Origin: an uncultured Bacillota bacterium
Lineage (GTDB): Bacteria > Bacillota_I > Bacilli_A > RFN20 > CAG-288
Assembly (NCBI GenBank): GCA_949300365.1
Contig: CASGEC010000006.1
Span: forward strand, 137,253-201,252
Length of the DNA stretch: 64,000 nucleotides
Direction of reading: 5' to 3'
Notes under the pieces: model-generated
What the model saw: only the letters and a program-made list of their open reading frames with translations
Databases searched by the model: none
Told to the model about the DNA's origin: nothing
Program-made: the position numbers and the translations under genes
Part shown: one piece after another, positions 9,267 to 18,747 of the stretch
Layout: every line of letters begins with the position of its first letter
Numbering within the stretch: position 1 is the first letter of the stretch

Positions 9267-10175
9267 ATGGAAATCCGGGAACAAGACATTCCCTTTCGGG
9301 GATATCGGACGAATTGTCGGATCATTTCCTCTAAAAGCGGAAAGATTCCTTTGATCTTGGTCCATGGCGGGCCGGGAAGCGGACGGGATTCCTTCGAGCT
9401 TCTCGATGACCTTGCCTATCAGGACGATAGGACCCTTCTTTCCTATTACCAGTTAGGCTGCGGAAAGTCCTCCGACGAGACGATTCCCGACGAATTGCTC
9501 TGCTCTCGGACGTGGGTCGATGAACTCAGCAACCTTCTGGACTCTCTTAAATGGCCGAAAGTCTTCCTCCTGGGACATTCCTGGGGAGGGATGCTCCTTT
9601 TGAAGTATCTGACGGAAAGAAACGACGATCGTATCCAAGGCGTGATTCTTTCAAGTACCCTTCCTTCCTCTGCGCTGTGGGCAAAGGAGGCAAAAAGGCT
9701 TGTCTCCTATCTTTCCGAGGCGGATAGAGAAGCAATTGAGGAGGCAATCAAGAGCAAGGATTTCTCTTCCCTGGAGTTTCAAAACGCCCTATCCCACTAT
9801 TCCAGGCTTTACATCTCGCCGGAGAAGGACAATACGGTCCCCGAATGCCTGCGACGAAAGGAGCCAGAGCAGGGAAAGAAGGCTTACAATAGAGCGTGGG
9901 GACCCTGCGAGTTTTTGCCTATGGGCGAACTTAAGGACTTCGATGTAACAAAGGATCTGGGAAAGATCAGTGTTCCTGTCCTTCTTGTCAGCGGGACCGA
10001 TGATGAGTCCACGCCCCTTATCAACAAGACGATCTTCGATGGACTTCGCTGCGAAAAGAAGTGGGTTCTTCTGGAAGGGGCACGCCATCTTTCCTATTAT
10101 GATAGGAAGGAAGAATACCAGAAAGCCGTGGTGTCGTTCATGCACCAGGAGGAAAAGAGGAATGGGGAGAGATGA
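9267..10175 (+). CDS. Proline iminopeptidase-family alpha/beta hydrolase
   Basis: 302 aa. LILVHGGPGSG oxyanion region, nucleophile elbow LLGHSWGG, C-terminal GARHLSYYD. Confidence 0.8.
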   Translation: MEIREQDIPFRGYRTNCRIISSKSGKIPLILVHGGPGSGRDSFELLDDLAYQDDRTLLSYYQLGCGKSSDETIPDELLCSRTWVDELSNLLDSLKWPKVFLLGHSWGGMLLLKYLTERNDDRIQGVILSSTLPSSALWAKEAKRLVSYLSEADREAIEEAIKSKDFSSLEFQNALSHYSRLYISPEKDNTVPECLRRKEPEQGKKAYNRAWGPCEFLPMGELKDFDVTKDLGKISVPVLLVSGTDDESTPLINKTIFDGLRCEKKWVLLEGARHLSYYDRKEEYQKAVVSFMHQEEKRNGER

Positions 10176-10791
10176 ACTGATCCGCCTTTTGGCGGAGGGG
10201 AAGGATGAGACGTCGCGGATGCCGTGCCGTTCTTTTTCCGACTTGTTCAGGATCTTCTTTTCCAAGACGCTTCCGGAAACGCTTTCGCCAACCTCCTTCA
10301 AGGATATCCGCTTCCAGTTAAGTGGATACAATCATTTCAAGCTGATCAAGGAAGGCCACAAGAGACTGGTCTCCCGTCTTCTTCTTGCCTATCCGGACAG
10401 AAGCAAGGCGGATATCAAGAAAGTCGCCACTTCCGCCCTTCTCGTCTCGAAGTATTTTGCCCATTTCCACGCCTTTTCCGACCTGGAGATGCAATACCGC
10501 GACTCGGCCAAGGATGATGACAGCCTGATTGGATTCATCGATGACTTCCGGAAGAAGTCGGGAATCTTCGGCATGTACTTCCTCAAGACAAGCCAGGTTC
10601 TTATGGAAAGCGAGATCATCGACATTCCGGCATTGGATTCCAAGGTAAAGGAATTCTTGATGCACACCTTGTCCCTTCCGGACGACAACAAGCTCATCTA
10701 CAAGGAGGAACTGCGCTTGAAAAGACGTTCCGGACACACGGGAATCGGCTTCTATGAAAGACTAAGGACGCTTGCGGATGATTCGGATTGA
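10162..10791 (+). CDS. Hypothetical helical protein
   Basis: The track ORF 9970..10791 overlaps the iminopeptidase gene in another frame. The first ATG after that region is 10162 (MGRDELIRLL...), which overlaps the upstream stop by 14 nt. I recognise no motif. Confidence 0.5.
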   Translation: MGRDELIRLLAEGKDETSRMPCRSFSDLFRIFFSKTLPETLSPTSFKDIRFQLSGYNHFKLIKEGHKRLVSRLLLAYPDRSKADIKKVATSALLVSKYFAHFHAFSDLEMQYRDSAKDDDSLIGFIDDFRKKSGIFGMYFLKTSQVLMESEIIDIPALDSKVKEFLMHTLSLPDDNKLIYKEELRLKRRSGHTGIGFYERLRTLADDSD

Positions 10792-13531
10792 GCACCTCGT
10801 CAAGGACTATATTGGGAAGAAGGCGTCCTACCGCGCCCTCAAAGGCATAAGCCTGACCCTTCCGGATGTCCAGTTCGTTTCCATCCTCGGCCCTTCCGGA
10901 TGCGGAAAGACGACCCTTCTCAATCTTTTGGGAGGACTCGACAGCATCACGGAGGGCGATATCCAGATCGATGGAAGATCCCTCAAGACGATGACTTCAA
11001 GGGAACTGGATGCCTATCGAAACGACAGCGTCGGATTCATCTTCCAGGACTACTTCCTCATTCCACAGCTGAACGTTCTGGAAAACGTCAAGATTGGCCT
11101 GCAGGTTCGGGGCGTCAAGGATGACGAAGCCCAAGAAAAAGCCAAGGCAATCCTGGAACGGCTTGGAATCGATGAACTTTCCAGAAAGAAACCAAACGAG
11201 CTTTCCGGAGGACAGACGCAGAGAGTCGCTATCGCCAGGGCCTTGGCAACCGATCCCAAGATCATCCTTGCCGATGAACCCACGGGTGCCCTCGACAGCA
11301 AAAACTCGGAAAGCATCATGGCCCTTCTCAAGGAAGAGAGCAAGCGAAGGCTTGTCGTCCTTGTGACCCACAACGAAGATCTCGCCAAGCGCTATAGCGA
11401 TAGGATCGTTCGCATCAAGGACGGAAGACTGGAATCCGATAGCCTTCCAATGGGGGAAGAGAAGAAACAAACTACGGAAGAAAAAGCGGAAGGAAAGAGT
11501 CATCTTCCATTCCTAACGACAATTAAACTTGCTTTCAAGAACCTCTTCAAGAAAAAGGTCAAGACCGCATTGACTTGCGTTGCCAATTCCTTCGGTATGG
11601 TCGGAATCGGGTTTTTCTTGGCATTGAATACCGGATTCTCGGACTATTCCATGGAAATGAGCCGGATCACGGCTTCCTCTCTTCCTGTCATCCTGACAAG
11701 CTATACTACCGTCTCGGATTCGGAAGCCTATGGTGACGTCAACAACGATGTCCTCTATCCGGATGTCGACGAGATTTATCCTATCGTCAGCACCAATTCC
11801 ACTTCTTCCTATGTCTTCAACAATTTCACGGACAAGTTCTTCTCCTACTTGGATACGCTTAAGGAGGAGGGCCTTGTCAGCGAATACGTCATCAATTACG
11901 GTAATTCCTATAGCCTGAACCTGACCACGGAATATCCTTCTTCCCTCGACGGGACAAAGGACGCCTATGTCGGGACAGTCAACACGACACAGACCTCAAG
12001 CAACTCCATCACCTCAACGACCGGTCTTCCGACGAGTGTCTTCCATCCCCTTTATGGCGGATTGGAAGACTATGATTGCCTCGCTGGAAAGGCTCCTGAA
12101 AACGACCACGAGATTATTCTTGTCGTCGATAAATACAATTCCGTTAGCTTTAGTATCCTCAAGAATCTTGGATTCTACAATTCCTCTGATAGTAAAGAAG
12201 ATGTTCGCTCCCAAGGAGAGGATGGGAAAGTCCGTCCGATTGCCTTCTCCGACATTCTCGGAAAGGAATACAAGATCTTCGAAAACGATGCCTTTTTCCA
12301 AGAGACCGGGACGAAGGACTTCACCGATGCCTTTGGAAACACAAGGAAGGCCAAGACCTTTACGACCAAGGATCTCTCTTCTCTTTATCAGGATTCCTCT
12401 TCCGGCGAAACTTTAAGGATCGTTGGCATCTATCGTGCAAAGAAGGACAATGAATTCGGTCTTCTCTCACCCTCCCTTTGCTATCTCTCCTCGCTTCAGG
12501 AAGGCATTGTTCAGGAAAACCTTCAAAGCGATTTGGCTTCCGCCTTCCAGGATAATGTCGTCTTCGCACCTGGGAAAAGCGTTCTCCAGTTTGCCTCTTT
12601 CCTTAAGGAGATGAACGACACCATTGAACCTTTCGTCAGTGGGGAGTCGACTGTCTTGCCGACGAGTTCGGTCAAGAGCATTCTCGATCGCTATTTTGCC
12701 TATGTGGACTATCGCTCTTCGGAGAATCTCTACACCATCTCGAGCATGGTCAGCCAAGCCAAAAAGCTTGGAATCGAGCTTATTCCGGATAGCCTTAAGG
12801 GATTGACCCTTTCGGATTCCAAGAAGGTTGTCGGAATCCTTGAGGATATTCAGGCGGCCATAAACAAAAAAGACTTTTCGACCTTCTATCAGATGGTGAT
12901 TGGGCTTTGTGCCTATGTCAATGCCTACTCCTTTATCGACTATGTCACGATCCTTCCGACAAGCTTGGCAACAAGGGCAACGATCTTGGAAAGGCTTGAT
13001 TCCTTCAATGACATTGTGGAGAATTCTACCTCGCACGCTTCCTCCACCAAGGAACAGGTCTTCTACTCCTCCATGAATGCCAGCCACGCCCTTGAGCAGG
13101 TTGCCGAGGTTATCGACATGGCTTCCCTTATCCTGATTGTCTTTGCCGTGATCTCCTTGACGGTCTCGGCCGCGATGACGGCTGTCCTGACGACGAACAA
13201 CGTTCTGGAAAGAAGAAAGGAAATCGGTCTTCTTCGTTCCTTGGGTTCCCGAAAGCTGGATATTCTTATTCTCTTTGAGCTGGAGACGCTTTTCATCGGT
13301 GTGTTCACGGGACTCTTCGGTGCCCTTGCGACCTATGTTTTGACTTTCCCCGTCAATCTCATGATCAATTCCTACTTCCCGGCCTATGGTGCTACCCATA
13401 TCGCCCAGTTCCTTTTCCCGCATGTCTTGATCCTCTTGGCCTTCTCCCTTGTCGTCAGTTTCCTCTCGGCTTTCATCCCTTCCCTCAAGGCGGCAAAGGA
13501 AGATCCGGTCAAATGCCTTCGCAGCGACTGA
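10778..13531 (+). CDS. Fused ABC transporter: ATPase domain + MacB/FtsX-type permease with a large extracytoplasmic domain
   Basis: Walker A GPSGCGKTT, signature LSGGQTQRVAIARAL, Walker B ILADEPTGALD. Then TM1, about 480 aa of non-membrane sequence, and the FtsX-type C-terminus RKEIGLLRSLGSRKLDIL with 3 TM helices. ATG 10778 lies 9 nt after TAAGGA; the track start TTG 10772 is less likely. Confidence 0.85.
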   Translation: MIRIEHLVKDYIGKKASYRALKGISLTLPDVQFVSILGPSGCGKTTLLNLLGGLDSITEGDIQIDGRSLKTMTSRELDAYRNDSVGFIFQDYFLIPQLNVLENVKIGLQVRGVKDDEAQEKAKAILERLGIDELSRKKPNELSGGQTQRVAIARALATDPKIILADEPTGALDSKNSESIMALLKEESKRRLVVLVTHNEDLAKRYSDRIVRIKDGRLESDSLPMGEEKKQTTEEKAEGKSHLPFLTTIKLAFKNLFKKKVKTALTCVANSFGMVGIGFFLALNTGFSDYSMEMSRITASSLPVILTSYTTVSDSEAYGDVNNDVLYPDVDEIYPIVSTNSTSSYVFNNFTDKFFSYLDTLKEEGLVSEYVINYGNSYSLNLTTEYPSSLDGTKDAYVGTVNTTQTSSNSITSTTGLPTSVFHPLYGGLEDYDCLAGKAPENDHEIILVVDKYNSVSFSILKNLGFYNSSDSKEDVRSQGEDGKVRPIAFSDILGKEYKIFENDAFFQETGTKDFTDAFGNTRKAKTFTTKDLSSLYQDSSSGETLRIVGIYRAKKDNEFGLLSPSLCYLSSLQEGIVQENLQSDLASAFQDNVVFAPGKSVLQFASFLKEMNDTIEPFVSGESTVLPTSSVKSILDRYFAYVDYRSSENLYTISSMVSQAKKLGIELIPDSLKGLTLSDSKKVVGILEDIQAAINKKDFSTFYQMVIGLCAYVNAYSFIDYVTILPTSLATRATILERLDSFNDIVENSTSHASSTKEQVFYSSMNASHALEQVAEVIDMASLILIVFAVISLTVSAAMTAVLTTNNVLERRKEIGLLRSLGSRKLDILILFELETLFIGVFTGLFGALATYVLTFPVNLMINSYFPAYGATHIAQFLFPHVLILLAFSLVVSFLSAFIPSLKAAKEDPVKCLRSD

Positions 13532-13558
13532 TCGGGTCTGGTGGGGGCTGCTTTCCCC

Positions 13559-13588
13559 TTGTATATGAAAGAGTCCTGCTACTATAAT
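13559..13588 (+). promoter_or_regulatory. Putative promoter of yebC
   Basis: TTGTAT (13559-13564), an 18-nt spacer, then TATAAT (13583-13588), about 60 nt upstream of ATG 13650. Confidence 0.5.
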
Positions 13589-13649
13589 GGATGCATCGAT
13601 ATTCACAACTTTTTTGTTGTCGAAACTATCATGGAAAAGAGGTAAAACT

Positions 13650-14372
13650 ATGGGAAGAGCACACGAAGTCCGCGCCGCCAAAATCGCCAAGACGAACGCT
13701 GCCAAATCGGCGCTTTACAACAGAGCCAGCAAGGAAATCTACATGGCTGCCAAATCGGGTGTGCCCGATCCCAACGACAATCTTGCCCTGCGTTCCGCCA
13801 TCGAAAAGTGGAAGGCCCAGCATGTCACCAGGGATGTCATCGATAGGGCCATCAAGAAGGCCCAGTCCAAGGATTCGGCTTCCTATGTCGCCGGAAGGTA
13901 TGAGGGCTTTGGCCCCGGCGGTGTCGCCATCATCGTCGATACTCTGACCGACAACGAGAAGAGAGCCTTCGCTGCCGTCCGTGCCGCCTTCAACCATCAC
14001 GGCGGAAACCTCGGAAACAGCGGTTGTGCTTCCTTCAACTTCTCTCGCATGGGCGTCATCGAGTTCGAGTCCGACAAGTCCGTCGAGGAGATCGAGGATG
14101 ACCTCATCCTCAATGACATCGATGTCCAGAAGGTCACCAAGGACGAAAATACCGTCGAGGTCCAGGTGACTCCCGAGAGCTTCGAGAAAGCCAAGGAGCA
14201 GATCCTTGCCGACTTCGGCGTCAGCGAATTCACGGAAGCCAGCGTCACTCTTGTCCCCACCTCTGGCCTTGTCAAAGTCTCCGATGAGGATAAGGCGACC
14301 ATCGAGAACCTTCTCGACACACTCGACGAAATCGAGGACGTCCAGGACGTCTTTCACAACGCCGATCTGTAA
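13650..14372 (+). CDS. yebC: YebC/PmpR (TACO1)-family transcriptional/translational regulator
   Basis: MGRAHEVRAAKIAKTNAAKSALYNRASKEIYMAAKSG.PDPNDNLALRSAIEKWK is the conserved family N-terminus. SD AAGAGG lies upstream of ATG 13650. The track start 13587 falls in the promoter region. Confidence 0.9.
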   Translation: MGRAHEVRAAKIAKTNAAKSALYNRASKEIYMAAKSGVPDPNDNLALRSAIEKWKAQHVTRDVIDRAIKKAQSKDSASYVAGRYEGFGPGGVAIIVDTLTDNEKRAFAAVRAAFNHHGGNLGNSGCASFNFSRMGVIEFESDKSVEEIEDDLILNDIDVQKVTKDENTVEVQVTPESFEKAKEQILADFGVSEFTEASVTLVPTSGLVKVSDEDKATIENLLDTLDEIEDVQDVFHNADL

Positions 14373-14373
14373 G

Positions 14374-14772
14374 ATGGATAGAATCCGGAACTACTTCCAG
14401 AATCGTTTTCGGAACATCAAACGTGACGAATGGGTTGTCATCATCGCTCTTTTCGCGGTGATGGCAATCCTTCTTTGGTTTTCAATCGGTATGAGCGTCT
14501 CGCTCGGAAAGGGACTGACTCTCTTCGGGGAGAGGGCCACTAGCGCAGGCTCCTCTGATGAAGTCACCGGTCCGACAAGTGCGGATATCACGGTATTGAC
14601 CCTGTTCTGGATCCTGACGGTGCTCATTCTTGCCCTTTTTGTCTATCGGCTCTTTGTCTATACGCCCAAGAAAACGACTGTCGTACGCAAGGAAATCGTC
14701 AACGGAAAGACGATTATCGTGAAAGAAGATAAAGAAGATGACAAAGGAAATACTTCAGGAGAATCTCGCTAA
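14374..14772 (+). CDS. Small membrane protein (2 TM)
   Basis: ATG 14374 lies 2 nt after the yebC stop. Two hydrophobic helices (WVVIIALFAVMAILLWFSIG; VLTLFWILTVLILALFVY). The upstream part of track ORF 14206.. overlaps yebC out of frame. Confidence 0.6.
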   Translation: MDRIRNYFQNRFRNIKRDEWVVIIALFAVMAILLWFSIGMSVSLGKGLTLFGERATSAGSSDEVTGPTSADITVLTLFWILTVLILALFVYRLFVYTPKKTTVVRKEIVNGKTIIVKEDKEDDKGNTSGESR

Positions 14773-15169
14773 GATAAAGGAATGCGACTTCATCCGTTGC
14801 CTTCAGGATGGCGATAATGCCGTCCTTTATTTCGTCGGTGACAATGAACCCTGCTCTGATCACGATCACGACCACGAACATGACCACGATGACGATGAGG
14901 AAGAGGAAGAAGACGAGGACGATGATTGCTGCTGCGGCATGAACGGGCATCTCTTCAAGATCGTCTTCCATGGTGTCGCGGACTATTCTTCCGTGGGTGA
15001 GGAGGGGGATAGCTATCGGTATCAGGAAACCGATATCCAGAAGAATTCCCTCCGCCTTGTCCTGAACGGGATGTCCTTTGCGGGAAGTTCTGGACCTCTT
15101 TCGATCTCCTTCTCCTTCAAGGATTATTCCGTTGAGGACTTGGGAAAGATCGAAAGCCCGGAAGCATAG
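14738..15169 (+). CDS. Hypothetical acidic protein with an Asp/His/Glu tract and a Cys triplet
   Basis: 143 aa. CSDHDHDHEHDHDDDEEEEEDEDDDCCCG is encoded at 14852-14938. Overlaps the upstream gene by 35 nt. Host-like codon usage. Confidence 0.55.
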   Translation: MTKEILQENLAKIKECDFIRCLQDGDNAVLYFVGDNEPCSDHDHDHEHDHDDDEEEEEDEDDDCCCGMNGHLFKIVFHGVADYSSVGEEGDSYRYQETDIQKNSLRLVLNGMSFAGSSGPLSISFSFKDYSVEDLGKIESPEA

Positions 15170-15190
15170 AAAAGAAAGATAGCGTCCAAA

Positions 15191-15227
15191 GAAAAACGAT
15201 GGCCCAATGGTAGACCATCGCTTTTTG
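15191..15227. terminator. Putative bidirectional terminator between convergent genes
   Basis: Stem CGATGG (15197-15202) / CCATCG (15215-15220), flanked by GAAAAA upstream and CTTTTTG downstream. The stem is only 6 bp and the loop is 12 nt. Confidence 0.45.
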
Positions 15228-15241
15228 CTTATCAATAGGAA

Positions 15242-15784
15242 TCAGTCCTTCTTTTTCCGGTGGCGGTCGTTGACGTCCTTCCGGATTCCGGTCAGGGCCT
15301 CATAGACTTCCCTATCCGTCGCGTTGGGGTGTTCCCGGACGTAGGCATCGAATTCGCCGATGATGTCACCCATGTAGGGTTCTTCCGCTTCTTCCTCTTG
15401 CTCTTCTTCGTCATGGCTATCGGCCTTGACGACATTGCTCTCCGTCATGAAGGCAGGATAGTCCTTGTCGAAGAAGACATGCTCGTGTTCCGGGTCGAAA
15501 TACGTAAAGAGGATGCGGACATGGATGGCCAGTTCCTTGAAGGCGTCCTTGAGATAGTCCGTTACGGCCTCTTCCCTGTCCTGAAGGTCATAGGGTGCCT
15601 CAATGCGGACATTGAGATGATAGGATGTCTGCTCCATGCCGTTGTGGATGATAAACGATTCGGGAGCGAAGAATTCCAGGTCGTTATCGTCGACGCCATA
15701 GATTTCCGTCAGTCCTTTGTGGATGCGCTTGGTATAGTCAATGGCGTTATAGGGGTCTGTGCCCAAAAGGGAGACAATGATCAT
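15242..15784 (-). CDS. DUF1904-like protein with an acidic C-terminal extension
   Basis: 180 aa. FAPESFIIHNGMEQTSYHLNVRIEAPYDLQDREEAVTDYL resembles the DUF1904 pattern. Lies 1 nt downstream of the priA stop in the same operon. Confidence 0.5.
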   Translation of the reverse strand: MIIVSLLGTDPYNAIDYTKRIHKGLTEIYGVDDNDLEFFAPESFIIHNGMEQTSYHLNVRIEAPYDLQDREEAVTDYLKDAFKELAIHVRILFTYFDPEHEHVFFDKDYPAFMTESNVVKADSHDEEEQEEEAEEPYMGDIIGEFDAYVREHPNATDREVYEALTGIRKDVNDRHRKKKD

Positions 15785-15785
15785 T

Positions 15786-18002
15786 TTAGATACCTTCCGT
15801 TTCAGGATCGACGTCGACGAGCACTTCCACGTCCTTGTTGGCCATGCGATAGACCTTGAGGAGGGAAAGCAGTTTGGACGCCTCTTCCTTGACTTTATAT
15901 TTTAGCAGGATGTTGCGGTAATATCTGCCATTGATATGGGGAATGTAGGGCGAAGAGGGACCATAGATGTTGATCCGCATCGTCGAGACCTTGGAGAGAA
16001 GAAGGTTCTTGATATCGAGGCTTGCATCCCGGCAGCGCTCGTCATCCATCGCCTTGACGATGATGAGGGCAAGGTAGACAAAGGGTGGGTATTGGAACTT
16101 TTTTCTTTCCTTCATCTCCATCTGATAGAAGCCTTCGTAATTCTGCTTGGAAGCCAAGGCGATGACTTCGTTGTCCGGACAGTAGGTCTGGACAAGGACC
16201 CTTCCCTTCTTGTTTCCCCTTCCGGAGCGACCGACGAACTGGCTGATCAGATCGAAGGTCTCCTCGTTTGCCATGAAGGAAGGAAGACGGAGGGAACTAT
16301 CGGCATCCAGCATGGCGGCAAGGGTGACGTTCTTGAAGTCATGGCCCTTGGCGATGACCTGCGTTCCGATGAGGATATCGGCCTCTCCCAAGGAGAAGGA
16401 TTCCAGGATGTCGTGTCGTCTTTCGTTGCCGGTGATATCGGAATCCAGACGAAGGGTCTTTGCTTCCGGGAAGAAGGTCCTGAGGTCTTCATAGGCGCGC
16501 TCGGTCCCATATCCCAAAGGCATGAAGTCCTTTCCCCCGCAGGAACATTGATAGGTGCTTGCCAAGACGCGGTAGTCGCAATGGTGGCAGAGAAGCTCGT
16601 TTGTTCTTTTGTGGTAGCTTAGGGGGATGCCACAGTTTGGACACCTTGCGACCTCATGGCAGTCCCGGCAGAGGAACATCGGAGCATAACCACGCCGATT
16701 GATAAGAACCATTGCCTGCTCATGATTGGAAAGCGTCTTTCCGATTTCCTCGAAGAGCCGCTTTGATATCAAAGAGGACTTCGCTGGGTCATAGGAGTTA
16801 GGAAGATTCATGTCGACAAGGATGAGATCCTTTTCTTGGCTGGCGGCAAAGCGGGTGGAAAGGACGACAGGAAGATAGAGGCCCTTTTCGGCCCTGGCAT
16901 TGTCGATGACGCGCGGTGTTGCCGAGCCTAGGACAAGCTGCACCTTTTCGATTTCCTTTCGCATCAAGGCGACCTGGATGGCATCGTAGAAGGGCGTCGT
17001 ATCCTGTTTGTAGGTGTTGGAATGCTCTTCGTCGATGATGATCAGGCCCAGGTTCTGGACCGGGGCGAAGATGGCCGAGCGCGTTCCAAGGACGATCTTG
17101 CTTTCTCCATTGACGATGCGGCGATACTCCTCATAGCGCCGACTGTCGGAGAGGGAGGAATTGAGGATGGCGATCGTATCCTGGAAGAAGGAATAGAAGC
17201 GGTTGGACATCTGGTCCGTCAGGGCGATTTCCGGAATCAGGACCAGGACACCTTTCCCTTCCTTGAGGGCCTTCTTGGCGAGGCTGAGATAGATCTCCGT
17301 CTTTCCCGATCCGGTCACGCCTTTAAGCAAGCAGACCTTGTCGGGATTGTCGACGATGGTGTTGTAGGCTTCCTCCTGGCTTTTTGTCAGGGCGAAGTCT
17401 TTTAGGGAAGAAGAGACCATCTCCGGAATCCGGCTTGCCGGGATTTTCCTGACTTCCAGATAGCCTTCATCGAGAAGCTGCTTCAGGCTTTTCTTGGCCG
17501 TGATCGAGGATAGGCGGACACCCTCTTTTATCGGCTCCAGCTTGAGGAAGAGCTTCTCGGCATTCGTTCCCTTTCTTCCAACATAGGCCTTTCCTGTCGG
17601 GAAGACAAAGTCGATGAAGCGGCCTTGGCTTTTCTTCAGGGCGGAATCCTTCGGCTTGAGGGACGGAGGCAAAAAGGCGTTGAGGACCTTGATCAGGTCC
17701 GTGGCATAGTAGGAAGCCATTTCCTTTGCCAATTGGATCAGTTCCGGGCTTAATAACGGCTGATTGTCGATGACCTTCTGGATTTGGGAAAGGCGGATTT
17801 TCCTTTCCTTCTGGTAGTCTTCAAGGGATGTGGAAACCTTGATTGGCTCCTCAAGGACGAAACCGACGGTTTTCTCGGAATGGCCAAAGGAAACCAAGAC
17901 CCGCATGCCGGCGTGGATTCCTTCTTCCGTGGTGTAGTAATCAAAAGGGCGGTCCAAGGAAACAACCGCCCTTCCGATCAAAACCTTGACGAGAAAGAAC
18001 AT
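15786..18002 (-). CDS. priA: Primosomal protein N' (replication restart helicase PriA)
   Basis: 738 aa. Walker A GVTGSGKTE, DEEH box IIIDEEH, two zinc-binding Cys clusters CRDCHEVARCPNCGIPLSYH...LLCHHCDY. Confidence 0.95.
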   Translation of the reverse strand: MFFLVKVLIGRAVVSLDRPFDYYTTEEGIHAGMRVLVSFGHSEKTVGFVLEEPIKVSTSLEDYQKERKIRLSQIQKVIDNQPLLSPELIQLAKEMASYYATDLIKVLNAFLPPSLKPKDSALKKSQGRFIDFVFPTGKAYVGRKGTNAEKLFLKLEPIKEGVRLSSITAKKSLKQLLDEGYLEVRKIPASRIPEMVSSSLKDFALTKSQEEAYNTIVDNPDKVCLLKGVTGSGKTEIYLSLAKKALKEGKGVLVLIPEIALTDQMSNRFYSFFQDTIAILNSSLSDSRRYEEYRRIVNGESKIVLGTRSAIFAPVQNLGLIIIDEEHSNTYKQDTTPFYDAIQVALMRKEIEKVQLVLGSATPRVIDNARAEKGLYLPVVLSTRFAASQEKDLILVDMNLPNSYDPAKSSLISKRLFEEIGKTLSNHEQAMVLINRRGYAPMFLCRDCHEVARCPNCGIPLSYHKRTNELLCHHCDYRVLASTYQCSCGGKDFMPLGYGTERAYEDLRTFFPEAKTLRLDSDITGNERRHDILESFSLGEADILIGTQVIAKGHDFKNVTLAAMLDADSSLRLPSFMANEETFDLISQFVGRSGRGNKKGRVLVQTYCPDNEVIALASKQNYEGFYQMEMKERKKFQYPPFVYLALIIVKAMDDERCRDASLDIKNLLLSKVSTMRINIYGPSSPYIPHINGRYYRNILLKYKVKEEASKLLSLLKVYRMANKDVEVLVDVDPETEGI

Positions 18003-18008
18003 TTCCCC

Positions 18009-18638
18009 CTAAGGTCTCTTGATGACGTATTCGGGATCCGTCGGTTGGTTGTTCTCGACGGCCTCGCAGTACTTGATTCTGTTGAGCACGGACTGCTTGA
18101 AGCGGAGCGCCGTCTTGTTGACGGTGTAGTTTGTCAGGCAGACATCGTATTCGACGCGCTTGGCGATTTCTTCCTTGCTCTTCTGGATACGCTCGCTGAT
18201 CTCCTCTTCGCTTTCCGATCCTCTGAGCTTGATTCTTCTTTCGAGCTCTTCAAGGGAGGGTGGCATGAGGAAAATGGCCAAGGTATACATGCCCCGATAT
18301 TGCGCCATGACCTTTTCGGCTCCGGTGACCTCGATCTCAAGAAGGACATTGCGTCCGGCCTTGAGGTTTTCATCGACGAAGTCCCGAGGCGTTCCGTAAT
18401 AGTTCTCGCAATATTCCACGTGTTCGATGAAGCCATTGCGGGCAAGAAGGTTGCGGAAGGCATCCTTGCTTACGAAGAGATAGTCCTTTCCGTTCTGCTC
18501 CTTCGGCCTCTTCTGTCTTGTCGTCATGGAAACGGAGAAGACGAGGTTGAGATCCTTGTCCTTCATCAGCTTCCTTCTCAAGACACCCTTTCCCACTCCG
18601 GAGGGGCCGGAGAGGATAATCAACAAACCCTGTTTCAT
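18009..18638 (-). CDS. gmk: Guanylate kinase
   Basis: 209 aa. P-loop LSGPSGVGKG, TTRQKRPKEQNGKDYLFVS, GTPRDFV. Confidence 0.95.
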   Translation of the reverse strand: MKQGLLIILSGPSGVGKGVLRRKLMKDKDLNLVFSVSMTTRQKRPKEQNGKDYLFVSKDAFRNLLARNGFIEHVEYCENYYGTPRDFVDENLKAGRNVLLEIEVTGAEKVMAQYRGMYTLAIFLMPPSLEELERRIKLRGSESEEEISERIQKSKEEIAKRVEYDVCLTNYTVNKTALRFKQSVLNRIKYCEAVENNQPTDPEYVIKRP

Positions 18639-18747
18639 GCTTTCATCCTTTCTGATGCAAACAAACCGACGTCTTTCTCTAATATTCTACCACCTGGGAT
18701 TAGAAACCCTTATGCCGAAAGGGAGGAAAATCCTCGCTTTCTTCTTT

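Noticed and set aside
9970-10161. Upstream extensions of track ORFs that overlap the preceding gene out of frame. These are 9970-10161, 13587-13649, 14206-14373, 23157-23273, 33193-33282, 34748-34798, 39394-39849 and 40640-40813.
   Set aside because: The preceding genes have strong family motifs in their own frames. Internal ATGs with SD or overlap geometry give proteins that begin at conserved family N-termini.
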